Assembly (NCBI GenBank): GCA_047285305.1
Contig: JBJBDL010000003.1
Location: 1,088,001-1,152,000, forward strand
Length of the DNA stretch: 64,000 nt
Direction of reading: 5' to 3'
Origin: Synechococcus sp.
Lineage (GTDB): Bacteria; Cyanobacteriota; Cyanobacteriia; PCC-6307; Cyanobiaceae
A program made the translations under genes and the position numbers. Below are positions 36,380-45,894 of the stretch, piece by piece (the stretch's first letter is position 1; the number at the start of each line of letters is the position of its first letter). The notes beneath the pieces were generated by a model that saw nothing but the letters and a program-made list of their open reading frames with translations, did no database searches and was not told the origin of the DNA.

Positions 36380-37885
36380 ATGACGAAGGTGTTGCATGCC
36401 CTGTTAAGTGATGCAGGAATCGCAGTGCCGCCGGGCCTTGTGAACCCTGGGTTGGAGGCGATCACCACCGATTCCCGTCGCGTCGGCCCTGGAACTCTGT
36501 TTCTCGGTCTCCCTGGCGAACGGGTGGATGGAGGCAGCTTCTGGGCCCAAGCCCTTGAGGCCGGGGCCGCCGCTGCCGTTATTGGAGCTGAAGCCGCTGC
36601 TGCGCAACCGCCAGCTGCTGATGACCCCGTGGTGGTGATCCAAGAGTCGGTGGCGCGTCGGATCGGTGAGATCGCCGCGGCGTACTGGGATAACCCCTGC
36701 AGGCGCATGGCCCTGATTGGTGTGACCGGCACCAATGGCAAAACCACCACCACCCATTTGATCGAGCATCTGGCCGCTTCGGCAGGTCAATCGGTGGGCT
36801 TGTTCGGCACGTTGGTTAACCGCTGGCCAGGCCACAGCATCACGGCCACCCACACAACGGCCTTTGCTGACCGCCTGCAGGGGCAACTCGACGAGGCTGC
36901 CTCCGCCGGTTGCGGCCTGGCGGCGATGGAGGTGAGTTCCCACGCCCTGGCGCAGCAGCGGGTGGCGGGCTGCCGTTTCGCAGGCGCCGTGTTCACCAAC
37001 CTCACGCAGGACCACCTCGATTACCACGCCTCTATGAAGGACTACTTCGAGGCCAAGGCATCGTTGTTTGCGGATCCTTTGCTGCTTGCCGACGGCGTGC
37101 GATCGGTGGTCAACAGCGATGACCCCTGGGGGGCGCGCCTGGCCGAACGGCTCGGTGCCGCCTGTTGGCGCAGCTCCTTGGAGGATCCATCGGCCGAGTT
37201 GCACATGAGCGACCTGCAGATGACGGCTGCTGGAGTGGATGGTCGCTTGATCAGCCCTGTGGGTGAGGGCCGTTTCCGTTCGCCTTTGTTGGGTCGCTTC
37301 AACCTGATGAACCTGCTGCAGGCGGTGGGGGTGCTGCTTCAGCAACAACTGCCCTTGTCTGTTCTGCTGGAGGCCATCGGCCGTTTCGGTGGTGTGCCCG
37401 GCCGCATGGAGCGGGTGATTTTGCACGGGGTGCAGGCCGACAACCTGCCTCCGGTACTGGTTGATTACGCCCACACACCTGATGGTCTGGACAACGCGCT
37501 TTCAGCAGCGCGTCCGTTCTGCACTGGGCGGCTTATCTGTGTGTTCGGTTGCGGTGGTGATCGGGATCGGGGCAAGCGTCCGCAGATGGCGGCGATTGCG
37601 GCACGCCTGGCTGACCGCGTGGTGGTCACCTCCGACAACCCCCGCACCGAGGATCCTCAGCAGATCCTGGATGACGTGGTGGCGGGGATTCCGGCCGGTA
37701 TCGATCTGCTGGTGGAGGGTGATCGAGCCAAGGCGATTGCCTCAGCCATTGCCGTAGCTGAGCCGAACGATCTGGTGCTGGTGGCCGGTAAGGGCCATGA
37801 GGATTACCAGATTCTCGGTACTGAAAAGGTGCACTTCGATGATCGCGAGGAGGCGGAACGCGCCCTGCGCATGAGGTTGTCTTGA
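36380..37885 (+). CDS. murE: UDP-MurNAc-tripeptide synthetase
   Basis: [46 protein letters not shown]. Confidence 0.97.
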   Translation: MTKVLHALLSDAGIAVPPGLVNPGLEAITTDSRRVGPGTLFLGLPGERVDGGSFWAQALEAGAAAAVIGAEAAAAQPPAADDPVVVIQESVARRIGEIAAAYWDNPCRRMALIGVTGTNGKTTTTHLIEHLAASAGQSVGLFGTLVNRWPGHSITATHTTAFADRLQGQLDEAASAGCGLAAMEVSSHALAQQRVAGCRFAGAVFTNLTQDHLDYHASMKDYFEAKASLFADPLLLADGVRSVVNSDDPWGARLAERLGAACWRSSLEDPSAELHMSDLQMTAAGVDGRLISPVGEGRFRSPLLGRFNLMNLLQAVGVLLQQQLPLSVLLEAIGRFGGVPGRMERVILHGVQADNLPPVLVDYAHTPDGLDNALSAARPFCTGRLICVFGCGGDRDRGKRPQMAAIAARLADRVVVTSDNPRTEDPQQILDDVVAGIPAGIDLLVEGDRAKAIASAIAVAEPNDLVLVAGKGHEDYQILGTEKVHFDDREEAERALRMRLS

Positions 37886-37918
37886 GGCAAGGTGCTTGAC
37901 GCGGTTGATCTGAGCCGA

Positions 37919-39100
37919 TCAAAGGTCGCTGATCGCGGCCACCAAAGCGTTGATGTCGTCGTCTGTGGTGGCGATGTGGGTGCAGGCCCTCAAGCAACTG
38001 GGGTCCGCTAAATCGCGAATCCACAGCCCTTGGGCACCCAACTGCTTCACATGCTCTGCAGGGGGCACATCGCCGTTGATCTGAAAGCTCACCAGTCCGC
38101 TGGCGGGTGCCACATTTAGTAGAGGTTTGACTGCCTTCAGCCTTTGGAGTGCCTGCCAGAGGCTGCTGCTGAGGGCTCGAATGCGGTCCCAGCGTTGTTG
38201 CGGTGATCCTTCTTGTTCCAGCAGTTGAAGTGAGCTGCGCAGGCCGGCCATCAGGGGCACACAGCTGGTTGCTACCTCAAAGCGGCGGCTGTCGTGATGA
38301 AACAGATCAGTGCTGCTCAGATCGGCTTTGCTTTCATCACGCAGGCTGCGCCAACCGATCACGGTTGGAGACGCCTCGGCCATCACACGCTCTGAAAGAG
38401 CCACGCCCCCCAGGCCTTCTGGTCCACAGGCCCACTTGTGCCCGGTAAAGGCATAGATGTCCGCTGCAGAAGCCGCGTCCTCGACGGTGATCTGTCCAAA
38501 GCTTTGGGCCGCATCTACTAATAGAAAAGGTTGTTGGGGATGCTGATGGAGTTGCTTGGCGACGGTGGCAATCGGCATCACCTGGCCGGTGTTCCAGAGC
38601 AGATGGCTCAGCACCACCAGACGGGTGCGGGGGGTGAGGGTTTGATCAATCGCCTCGACCACGGCGGCATCGCATTGGGTCTGATCACCCCGCAGCTGCT
38701 TCACCGGCAGCACATCGATGGCCAGGTTCTGGCGCTGGGCCAGTTCCATGCAGGCACTCACAACACCGGGGTGCTCGCAGTCGCTGATCAGCAGCCGGTC
38801 CCCTTCGGTAAAGGGCAATCCCCAGAGCGGCAGCACGCAGCCGCTGGTGACGTTTTCGGTGAGGGCAAGCCGATGGGGCGGAACACCGCAGCACTGGGCC
38901 AGAAGGCGGCGGGTGCTGTTCACCTCTTTGGCGATGTAGGGCCAAACATCTGCAGTGAACGGCCCCAACTCCTGAATGCGTGTCCAGCTTGCGGTGATCG
39001 CCTCAAGGGATGGATTGGGCAAAGGCCCTTGGCCGCCGTAGTTGAAGTAGGTCTTGTTCTGCAGGGCAGGACACAGTGATCGCAACTCTTTTGTGCCCAT
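37919..39100 (-). CDS. Class V PLP aminotransferase (cysteine/cystine lyase-like); N-terminus apparently island-derived
   Basis: YFNYGGQGP, EHPG, LSHLLWNTG, DAAQS, TGHKW. Confidence 0.88.
   Translation of the reverse strand: MGTKELRSLCPALQNKTYFNYGGQGPLPNPSLEAITASWTRIQELGPFTADVWPYIAKEVNSTRRLLAQCCGVPPHRLALTENVTSGCVLPLWGLPFTEGDRLLISDCEHPGVVSACMELAQRQNLAIDVLPVKQLRGDQTQCDAAVVEAIDQTLTPRTRLVVLSHLLWNTGQVMPIATVAKQLHQHPQQPFLLVDAAQSFGQITVEDAASAADIYAFTGHKWACGPEGLGGVALSERVMAEASPTVIGWRSLRDESKADLSSTDLFHHDSRRFEVATSCVPLMAGLRSSLQLLEQEGSPQQRWDRIRALSSSLWQALQRLKAVKPLLNVAPASGLVSFQINGDVPPAEHVKQLGAQGLWIRDLADPSCLRACTHIATTDDDINALVAAISDL
39039..39084. repeat. Left att-like repeat (within aminotransferase codons ~6-21)
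   Basis: TAGTTGAAGTAGGTCTTGTTCTGCAGGGCAGGACACAG...; 37/46 identity to 49310-49355 by manual alignment. Confidence 0.85.
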
Positions 39101-39129
39101 CTGGCTTTTGGCTGGCTAGAGTGTGACAA

Positions 39130-40042
39130 AGGGTTCCCTTCCGGAAGCATCCGACATACGTGCGTAAAGCACGCATTGGGTACCAGTCGCAGCGTGGCGT
39201 TCCGAAGGACGTTCAGCCAGTCATAGGTAAAACGATTTGGGTTGACCTGCGGGGTCGACCTATCGGGTCGCCAAGCGTCTCTCGCCAGCTTTTGCGGCCA
39301 AGACCGACCGGCTCATTGCTGAGGCTCAAAATGAGGTGTTGCTCACGGGTGAGGAGCTGATTGATTCGCTGCCTCAACGGTTTGACCTCAAAGATTTCGA
39401 AATTGTCGATCTGTTGCTTTAAGGCTCTGGTGTCGCCGTCGAAGAAGGTTTTATCACTCCCCAGCAAGAGAGCAGATATAGAGCTGCTCTGAGGGGAGAG
39501 GAGTCGCCTCAACAACACTTGTTGAAGGACGAGTTGATCCAGCAGGCCAAGGCCCTTAAGTCGCCTGCAGCGCGGACCGAGATGAGTTGGAAGAGTGCTT
39601 TAGACGGTTTCTTGGAACACGCAGGGGTCACTCACCCAACCGCTGCCACCAAGCAAGACGCCATTGCCTATCGATCCTGGTTGTTGGGACGCCTCAATCC
39701 TTCAACTGTCAAAACGCAACTCGCCTTTATGAACGGTCTATTCCGATTCATCCAAGGCTCAAGGCTTTGGTTGTCGATCTGCGAAAGAAGAATGGGCTTT
39801 TATGGCCAGCTCAGTATCAGGAATCAAACAAATGTCGGGGTGGCAGCCTATCGAAACCATGCAGGAAAATAGTTGGAATGACTCCTAAAGATTTTAGAGA
39901 CCGTGCTGCAACGGTATTCCGCTCAAATAATATGAATGAAGCTGTTGTCGTTACATTGCTCGGGCATACACTCAATTCAATTTTAATGTCATATGGCGCT
40001 GTGCCATGGAGCGAGCTTAAAAGCGCCGTAAAGCTCCTCTAA
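39130..40042 (+). pseudogene. Tyrosine recombinase/integrase remnant
   Basis: N-terminal QRGVPKDVQ..IGK..W; frameshift ~39250; TAA at 39420; core-binding-like DAIAYRSWLL..LNPSTVKTQLAFMNGLF; internal deletion ~39740; C-terminal RSIPIHPRL...KDFRDRAAT...LLGH...MSYG. Confidence 0.8.
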
Positions 40043-40394
40043 GGCCTCTGTCTATGGTTAAACGATAATCCATCGCGAAGTGCTTATCTCTTGCTGTGGG
40101 GCTTCCTGGGCGGCTCTCAGTAATAGGGCATTGAAACAGGGGAACAGCCGAAGGCTTTCCACCATCATCAAAGAAAAGATGATCAAAAACTCGTGGATTG
40201 GAATCCACGTAAAAGAAATGGGTGACTCTGAATGCCTTCGGGAGTAGGTCGTCATTCGCGTTGTCAGACGCCAGGGAAATCAAGCCTTCAGGCAGCTTGT
40301 TGTAGTACCCGTTATCTGATCTTGTCAGCGTGACGTCTTAACACAGAGGCACCACCATGAACTCAAGTGAAATCGTCCTCTATGGAGTATTCAT
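40017..40394 (-). pseudogene. Hypothetical gene remnant
   Basis: ORF 40017..40283 extends upstream in frame through TAA and TAG stops to an ATG near 40394. Confidence 0.35.
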
Positions 40395-40789
40395 TTGATT
40401 CGTGTTTGCGGAGTACTTGCGGAGCCTGCGGCAAAACATACCAGGCCGAATCTAAGTGAATTCCTGGATGAATATTGCTAGGAATAATTAAAAAGTGATG
40501 AGTTGCATAATGGTGTTTCAAGAGCCCATCGATCTTATGTTTGTTGAGATGAGTGGAGCCAGTGAAAGTGGAATGATCGATGTATTAACTAGTCCTCTCA
40601 AGAGCAGCAGGTCTGCTCAGCTCGTCCTTGATAAACCCAGCGACTCCTGCAACCAATGGAATCGTCATACCAGCAACCGCAAGCAGAGCCATGGCTTGAA
40701 TGAACCATTTGGGTGAGAGTGTTTTGTCTTCCATTAGTCAGTTTTATCTTGTATTGAATAGATGCACAACATGATCGACCTCAAGTGCC

Positions 40790-41305
40790 CTAACGCATGT
40801 TTTCTCCGGTCTTGCAGTCCATCACGTTGCGAATTCGACCACCAAAGGAGTTTGTATTAGCTCGTGGCAATTCTCGAACGGAGTACTCGATCTGGAGGGT
40901 TTCAAAGTTCCGATTGTGAACCTTGAAGCTGCCCAGATCCTTGATGGTGGCCTTAAGTGATTTCTCACATGCAGCCATGGCTTGTTCACGCGCTTTACGC
41001 GCATCAGCCATTGCTATGCGTTCTTCCTCCGCCTTTTTGGCGGCTTCAAACTTCTCAGCGAACCGAGAGATGTATTCCTCGTTGGTGATTCGGGAAATAT
41101 CGAATCCCTCATAGAGGAGGGAGTTGCGTTCGAGCAATGCCTCGCAGTCTTTTGCTTTGCCGTCATTACAGCCCTTGATTTCACCCCCTGTCGGCACCTT
41201 GCCAAGGATCGCGAAAGTGATCCCGGCGGATGAGATGGCAATAAATGCCTTTCTAACCAGATCAAGAAAGTCTTTTTTCTTCTTGGCTGTCGCTTCCTCT
41301 GCCAT
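40790..41305 (-). CDS. Membrane-anchored hypothetical protein with CE..[LI]K...D..S / N.FGG domain
   Basis: TM segment, coiled-coil, ACEKSLKATIKDLGSF...TNSFGGRIR...C. Confidence 0.65.
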   Translation of the reverse strand: MAEEATAKKKKDFLDLVRKAFIAISSAGITFAILGKVPTGGEIKGCNDGKAKDCEALLERNSLLYEGFDISRITNEEYISRFAEKFEAAKKAEEERIAMADARKAREQAMAACEKSLKATIKDLGSFKVHNRNFETLQIEYSVRELPRANTNSFGGRIRNVMDCKTGENMR

Positions 41306-41404
41306 GACGACGTGAAATCTGCTCCAAGGATGGCAGTGACTAAGCCCCTTGGAGTAATTTGCGTTGGGTGGTAGGAGATGACCCACCTCATGATGCCTGT
41401 CCCA

Positions 41405-41748
41405 TTACCGAACCTCTGTCCAAGGACATTGATCGGCATGCCTCCAGCAGACCTCTGCGTGACCAGTGGCGACCATCTCCCGCTGAACATTCGTCTCCCC
41501 AACTAATATCTCTGCCACGGTGCGTCCGTAGCTGTCTTCGGTGATGCGTTGAATTCCGGCCTTCTTGCCCACCACCAGACCTCTCAGATGGTCGCGAGCC
41601 GCTTTGGCTGGCACCGGCTCTGCTCTTTCTCGCGGAGTTCAGTGGTGTCGATGCAGGCGATTCAAACCTTTTCACTGGTTTTGGTGGTGCAGGTATCTCC
41701 GTCGTAGCAGGAGGCGATCACAGCAGATGCAAAGGCTGCAAGGAGCAT
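41405..41748 (-). pseudogene. Secreted thermonuclease (SNase-like) pseudogene
   Basis: MLLAAFASAVIASCYDGDTC..KV*IACIDTTE (TGA at 41662-41664 where Arg is expected), frameshift ~41630, then AARDHL..DSYGRTVAE..NVQREMVATGHA. Confidence 0.82.
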
Positions 41749-41765
41749 CAATAATTTGGTGGAGC

Positions 41766-41966
41766 CTAATACTCGCCGGGAATGCCAAATCTATCTCTAC
41801 ATTTATTGACATCAGCTTTGTATTCGATCCACTTATCGTTGATGTCAGATGCCTTTTTGATGCACTCATTATAAGTATTTGGTTCTCTCACCATCTTCTG
41901 ATCTTTTTCCTTGGCTATGACTGGGATGGTTGCCAAGAAAATAATTATGATCAAAGACGCCTTCAT
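41766..41966 (-). CDS. Small secreted protein with a Cys pair
   Basis: Signal-peptide-like MKASLIIIIFLATIPVIA; two Cys. Confidence 0.6.
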   Translation of the reverse strand: MKASLIIIIFLATIPVIAKEKDQKMVREPNTYNECIKKASDINDKWIEYKADVNKCRDRFGIPGEY

Positions 41967-42176
41967 TGCTTAGTTTTTCGACAGTTGATGCCTTCATTAT
42001 CTCGTCTTTTGGAAATCTAGCAACTTCTGCTGCTGATCCATTGTTCATGCCCTCGATGGGAGTTCAGTCATGGCTTGGATGAAAATTTTGGTGGGATGGG
42101 CTTCACTTTTATTGCTGTCTGCATCTGCTTGAAGGCAGGGTTATAGCAGGTAAATTTGTGCTTAGTTCGTCTTATT

Positions 42177-42281
42177 TTATCGCTGCTTGATTCTGTAAGA
42201 GCGATCAACCTGAGCCATTGCGAGGTTGTAGGCGAGAGCGGCGATGCCTACCCCCAGCAAGCAGGTCAGAAAATCAGCCAT
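42177..42281 (-). CDS. Small single-TM peptide
   Basis: Manual translation MADFLTCLLGVGIAALAYNLAMAQVDRSYRIKQR; starts 3 bp after the upstream stop. Confidence 0.4.
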   Translation of the reverse strand: MADFLTCLLGVGIAALAYNLAMAQVDRSYRIKQR

Positions 42282-42284
42282 GAT

Positions 42285-42458
42285 CTACTTCTTGAATAGG
42301 GAACGCCAGGCGACATAGCTGCCGCCACCAAGCAGGACTAGGGGAAAGATCATCTTGCTGAAGGCCAGCAGGATGACTCCACCAAGGCTGATCAGCCCTA
42401 CCTTCTTAATCATGGCCTGACTTTCGTCAGTCATTGTTTCCCACTTGACCCTGGCCAT
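42285..42458 (-). CDS. Small two-TM membrane protein
   Basis: Manual translation MARVKWETMTDESQAMIKKVGLISLVGVILLAFSKMIFPLVLLGGGSYVAWRSLFKK. Confidence 0.6.
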   Translation of the reverse strand: MARVKWETMTDESQAMIKKVGLISLGGVILLAFSKMIFPLVLLGGGSYVAWRSLFKK

Positions 42459-42555
42459 AAAGACATTGAGGATTTAGATCTCTTTTTAGTTGCCATTGGC
42501 TTTGGGTGCCACGGCCTCTTCCCACGAGCTCATGCCACGTTGCTTCGTTTGAGCG

Positions 42556-42729
42556 CTAACCCCAGTCCCCTGAAAAGAGTTTTGTCTTGGTGGCGGTTAA
42601 GTGAGGCATGTCCTCTATGAGGTGCTGGGCTGCCCACACCCCTCGGACTACGCGGCATACACCTTCCTGGTCGCAGACCCTGTAGTACTCGAAGCCTTGT
42701 GGAGTGCTGGTGAGTTTGGTTGCTCTCAT
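42556..42729 (-). CDS. Small hypothetical protein
   Basis: Manual translation MRATKLTSTPQGFEYYRVCDQEGVCRVVRGVWAAQHLIEDMPHLTATKTKLFSGDWG. Confidence 0.5.
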   Translation of the reverse strand: MRATKLTSTPQGFEYYRVCDQEGVCRVVRGVWAAQHLIEDMPHLTATKTKLFSGDWG

Positions 42730-42881
42730 GTCATTGGTCCCAGCTGACCCAATAACTAGGCAGCAGGACTAGTCTTGACTGAGTAGACCGAGACAGAGTG
42801 TTCGGTTCGTTGCAAGCCTTGGACAGCTAACGGGCTTAACCGTATCGAGTAAGCCTCGACAAACATCATTTGAGAGCAGCT

Positions 42882-43592
42882 TTACTCAGACCATGGGTCC
42901 GATTTGGATTCATCTTGGGCCGCCTCACGTGCAGCGATGATTTCCTTGGCTTCTTGCTTCCAGGCCAATCCAATCGGATCGCCTTCCATCTTCAGGAGAT
43001 ATTCAGCCTGGGCAGCGAAGTAATCCTCTCTCGTGATCTGTCCAGCCTTGATGAGGATTAAGGCTCGGACGACATGGCCGTGGCAGTCATAAGGAGCTCC
43101 TTCTCCGATGAAGCCCCCTCCATTTTTTCGGCTGAACTCGCGGGAGTCCGAAACCAAGTCGATGGTTTTGCCTGCGATTACCTCTGCAGCACGCGCACGC
43201 AACCAACGGTCAGCCCCGTCGGGCATGTTCCCCTTCTGGAGCCACTCATCCCAGACGTAGTCGCGGTAAGCATCAATCTGCTGTTCGCGCGTCCAATCTG
43301 GCTTCTTTTCCTCGAAGAAGTTGCTTACAGGCGATTGTTCACGGCTGATGAAGTACCTCCGTGCCAGATCGGGACGCTGGAGCGATCTCGTCCCACGGTT
43401 ACCTTTTTGTGTAGTTGCACCAACCCAGTCAGACCGAGTATCCGTTCTTCCCATAACTGCGATCGGATCGATCTCGTCGTCATAAGTTTCATCCCAAGCG
43501 GATGGGCTGCCAACGACAGCCTCGGCAATCCAGGACAGCATTTCTTTGCTGTTCGTTCGCCAGTCCCATTTTTTGGCCCTATTGCTCGTCAT
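42882..43592 (-). CDS. Hypothetical protein with divergent DUF4326-like domain
   Basis: YFISREQSPVSNFF...TREQQIDAYRDY...GKTIDL...APYDCHGHVV resembles the recalled pattern YIGR.S..GNPF..R...I..Y...GK.L.C.C.P..CHG. Confidence 0.6.
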   Translation of the reverse strand: MTSNRAKKWDWRTNSKEMLSWIAEAVVGSPSAWDETYDDEIDPIAVMGRTDTRSDWVGATTQKGNRGTRSLQRPDLARRYFISREQSPVSNFFEEKKPDWTREQQIDAYRDYVWDEWLQKGNMPDGADRWLRARAAEVIAGKTIDLVSDSREFSRKNGGGFIGEGAPYDCHGHVVRALILIKAGQITREDYFAAQAEYLLKMEGDPIGLAWKQEAKEIIAAREAAQDESKSDPWSE

Positions 43593-44181
43593 CGGCGTTT
43601 TCGGATCACTTCGTTTTCCTGGAGCTTTCTCTATGTATCTAGTTCCTGGTGAAGCGTAGTCGGTCGCTTCTATTGGCTAGTGACAAAGTGGCACAGCTTA
43701 TTACTACATCGCATTCACTTTGTTTTCACTCATTCTGGACCTCCTCTTGGCCAGCATGATCAATGTGTTCGAGTAGTGGCGCCCATTGCCCCATCCAGTG
43801 ATTGATCTTCTCTGGCTTGCGGTTGCCGAGCTACGTCTCCGGCCAGTGTTGTAGACGCGATTCACGATCCGTTGCTAGGAATGAAAGTGAGACGAGATGG
43901 CCAGGAAAATGGCGGTCTTGGCTCAGGTGATCTGCTCTATGAGCTGCAGTGGATCACCTTGACGTGAACTGGTCGGGACAGAGCCTAGCTGCAGTCCCTG
44001 ATCTCGACCCATTGCTAGTGCGCCATTGCTGTGTTCGTCTTGAAGTGACATAGTTTTTTCTGTTACTCGGAGTTCAGCCGCTCCTCACCCCTTTGCATTG
44101 TCTGGCGCTTCGTGAAAGTTGCGATCCTTTTGCGGCCTAGGATATTGGTAGCGATATTGAGCTGTGGTTCGAGGGTTTTAC

Positions 44182-44424
44182 TTGAAACGACTACCGGTGC
44201 TCCTTTCTGTTCTGCTCGTTTCGGCTCCCTCAGCTTTTGCTTGGGAGAGGTTTGACCGCGACGAAGGATATAAAAACTGCGTCGATATGGCTTTAAGAGA
44301 ATGGTTAGACCAGGAGAAATGGAGATCATTGAGCAGGGTTGAGAAGAGCGCCTACAAGTCTTTGGCGCACCAGCGCTGCAGTTCGCCAACTCAGCAACAT
44401 CACTTGAGTGGTGTGGTGAAATAA
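44182..44424 (+). CDS. Small secreted protein with a Cys pair
   Basis: TTG start, MKRLPVLLSVLLVSAPSAFA signal (AFA cleavage), two Cys. Confidence 0.6.
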   Translation: MKRLPVLLSVLLVSAPSAFAWERFDRDEGYKNCVDMALREWLDQEKWRSLSRVEKSAYKSLAHQRCSSPTQQHHLSGVVK

Positions 44425-44594
44425 TATTCAATCCATTTTGAGTTTGGCAGGCGAGATCTGAAGGTTGATGAGAAAGGCGCTCGGCAGCTTTCTTCAATCA
44501 GCTCATTGGCGTTCCACAACTTCCCATTGCGGTGTCTTCAAATCAGCTGCGCTTGGCGCCTGTAGCGGGGTAGGTTTTATGTAGAGGAACAATC

Positions 44595-45020
44595 ATGATG
44601 CCCTCACTCCAACCTTTTCTTGTGTCCCTGCTGCTTGGCACAGCAGCTATGCCGCTCGTTGGCCTTGTAGGCGCAGAAGCCCAAACCGTTTCCCAGCCTG
44701 GTTATTCACGTACTACGCAGTGCTTTCGGGACGAGTACAGGGAGGAATACGTCCCTGGTACAAAAGACAGGCCTGGATACGTACGGAATTGGACTGAAAA
44801 GGTTGAGATTGCCTGCTCTGGTAGCTCGACTCAGTCCTCTACTCAGAAATCCCAAGAAGTGCAAATTGACAATAACGACTGCAGCCAAGGGAGTGTAATT
44901 GGTGGATTGCTTGGAGCCGGACTAGGCGCGGCTTTGTCTAGGGACAAAGGCCGTTGGGTGGGAGTCCCCGTTGGAGCTGCAGCAGGAGCAATGGTTGGCT
45001 GCCAAGTTGATGGTGGCTAA
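44595..45020 (+). CDS. Secreted glycine-zipper 2TM protein
   Basis: Signal peptide, CFRDEYREEYVPGT..PGYV, DNNDCSQG, GGLLGAGLG...GAAAGAMVGC. Confidence 0.8.
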   Translation: MMPSLQPFLVSLLLGTAAMPLVGLVGAEAQTVSQPGYSRTTQCFRDEYREEYVPGTKDRPGYVRNWTEKVEIACSGSSTQSSTQKSQEVQIDNNDCSQGSVIGGLLGAGLGAALSRDKGRWVGVPVGAAAGAMVGCQVDGG

Positions 45021-45502
45021 TTGAGTTGACTTTTCACTTGATTCTCAATTGTGTGATGCTTGATATGGCTCTCAATCCACTTAGCCAATGATCGAGTGGT
45101 CCAAGAAAGTTACTAAGAAGATAATGAAGCTATTTGGCATAGGCGAATATTCATGCATGTCACTGACTTTTGCGGACGTGTTGCTGCTTGTATAAGTCGC
45201 AGTGCTCTTTATTTCTTCTTTATGCATCGAAGGGATTTAACCTTCATGCCTCAATGGTTAATTAGAGGTTTTGTGGTGTATCCCCGTAGATAATTTGTGC
45301 AACTATCATCACCAAGCCGGCGATAGGTAGAACGATCGGGACCGGAATCATTTCAAGGATATTCACTAGATGCTTTTTAGAGCGAAGCCGCGCGAATGGG
45401 TCGTAGTGTCACATGCCACTTTTTGAAAGTTCACTTTCAAGAGGCCCCCTACGCAAAGTGTCTTAACTTGATACCTATACCGCCGCTGAGGCTGGACCCT
45501 GC

Positions 45503-45748
45503 TCAAGAGGCGAGTACGCATACAAGGATGATTGGCTGGTCGCGCACGGGTTGGCTCTGCTGCCTATCTGCCTTACTTACTTGTGATCCATCAAGCACGA
45601 GCTCGCCGAGTGATTGAGCGTGCTGAAGGTGAATCTCTATCGGATCTCGCACCAATATCCTCGATCTAATCAGGGCTTGGGAAGAGTCAAGTGATGACAG
45701 ATGCTCTTCAAGGATCTGCGTAGGGTCCTTGAAGCTGTCTGAGGACAA
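45503..45748 (-). CDS. Hypothetical protein
   Basis: 81-aa ORF divergent from the sRNA candidate; no recognised motif. Confidence 0.3.
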   Translation of the reverse strand: MSSDSFKDPTQILEEHLSSLDSSQALIRSRILVRDPIEIHLQHAQSLGELVLDGSQVSKADRQQSQPVRDQPIILVCVLAS

Positions 45749-45802
45749 GCGATGAGCCGTCTACTCACCCCTGTCGCAGTGCACGTCAAGTAGAGATGGT
45801 TG

Positions 45803-45894
45803 GTTTGTGAGGAAAAACGCCTTACGAGGTGGAAACAAGGCCACACTCCCGAGAGGTGTTTTGAAGCCCCTGCCTTTGGCGGGGGCTTCTTTTT
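45803..45894 (+). ncRNA. yfr2: Probable Yfr2-family small RNA
   Basis: 5' GTGAGGA, GCCTT/AAGGC stem enclosing GGAAAC(A), second ACAC/GTGT hairpin, strong terminator; TAGAGAT -10-like element at 45791. Confidence 0.65.
45863..45894 (+). terminator. Rho-independent terminator
   Basis: GAAGCCCCTGCC-TTT-GGCGGGGGCTTC followed by TTTTT. Confidence 0.85.

Noticed and set aside
45088..45240. Small hydrophobic ORF interrupted by TAA at 45193
   Set aside because: Too short to distinguish from a chance ORF in AT-rich DNA without a homology search.
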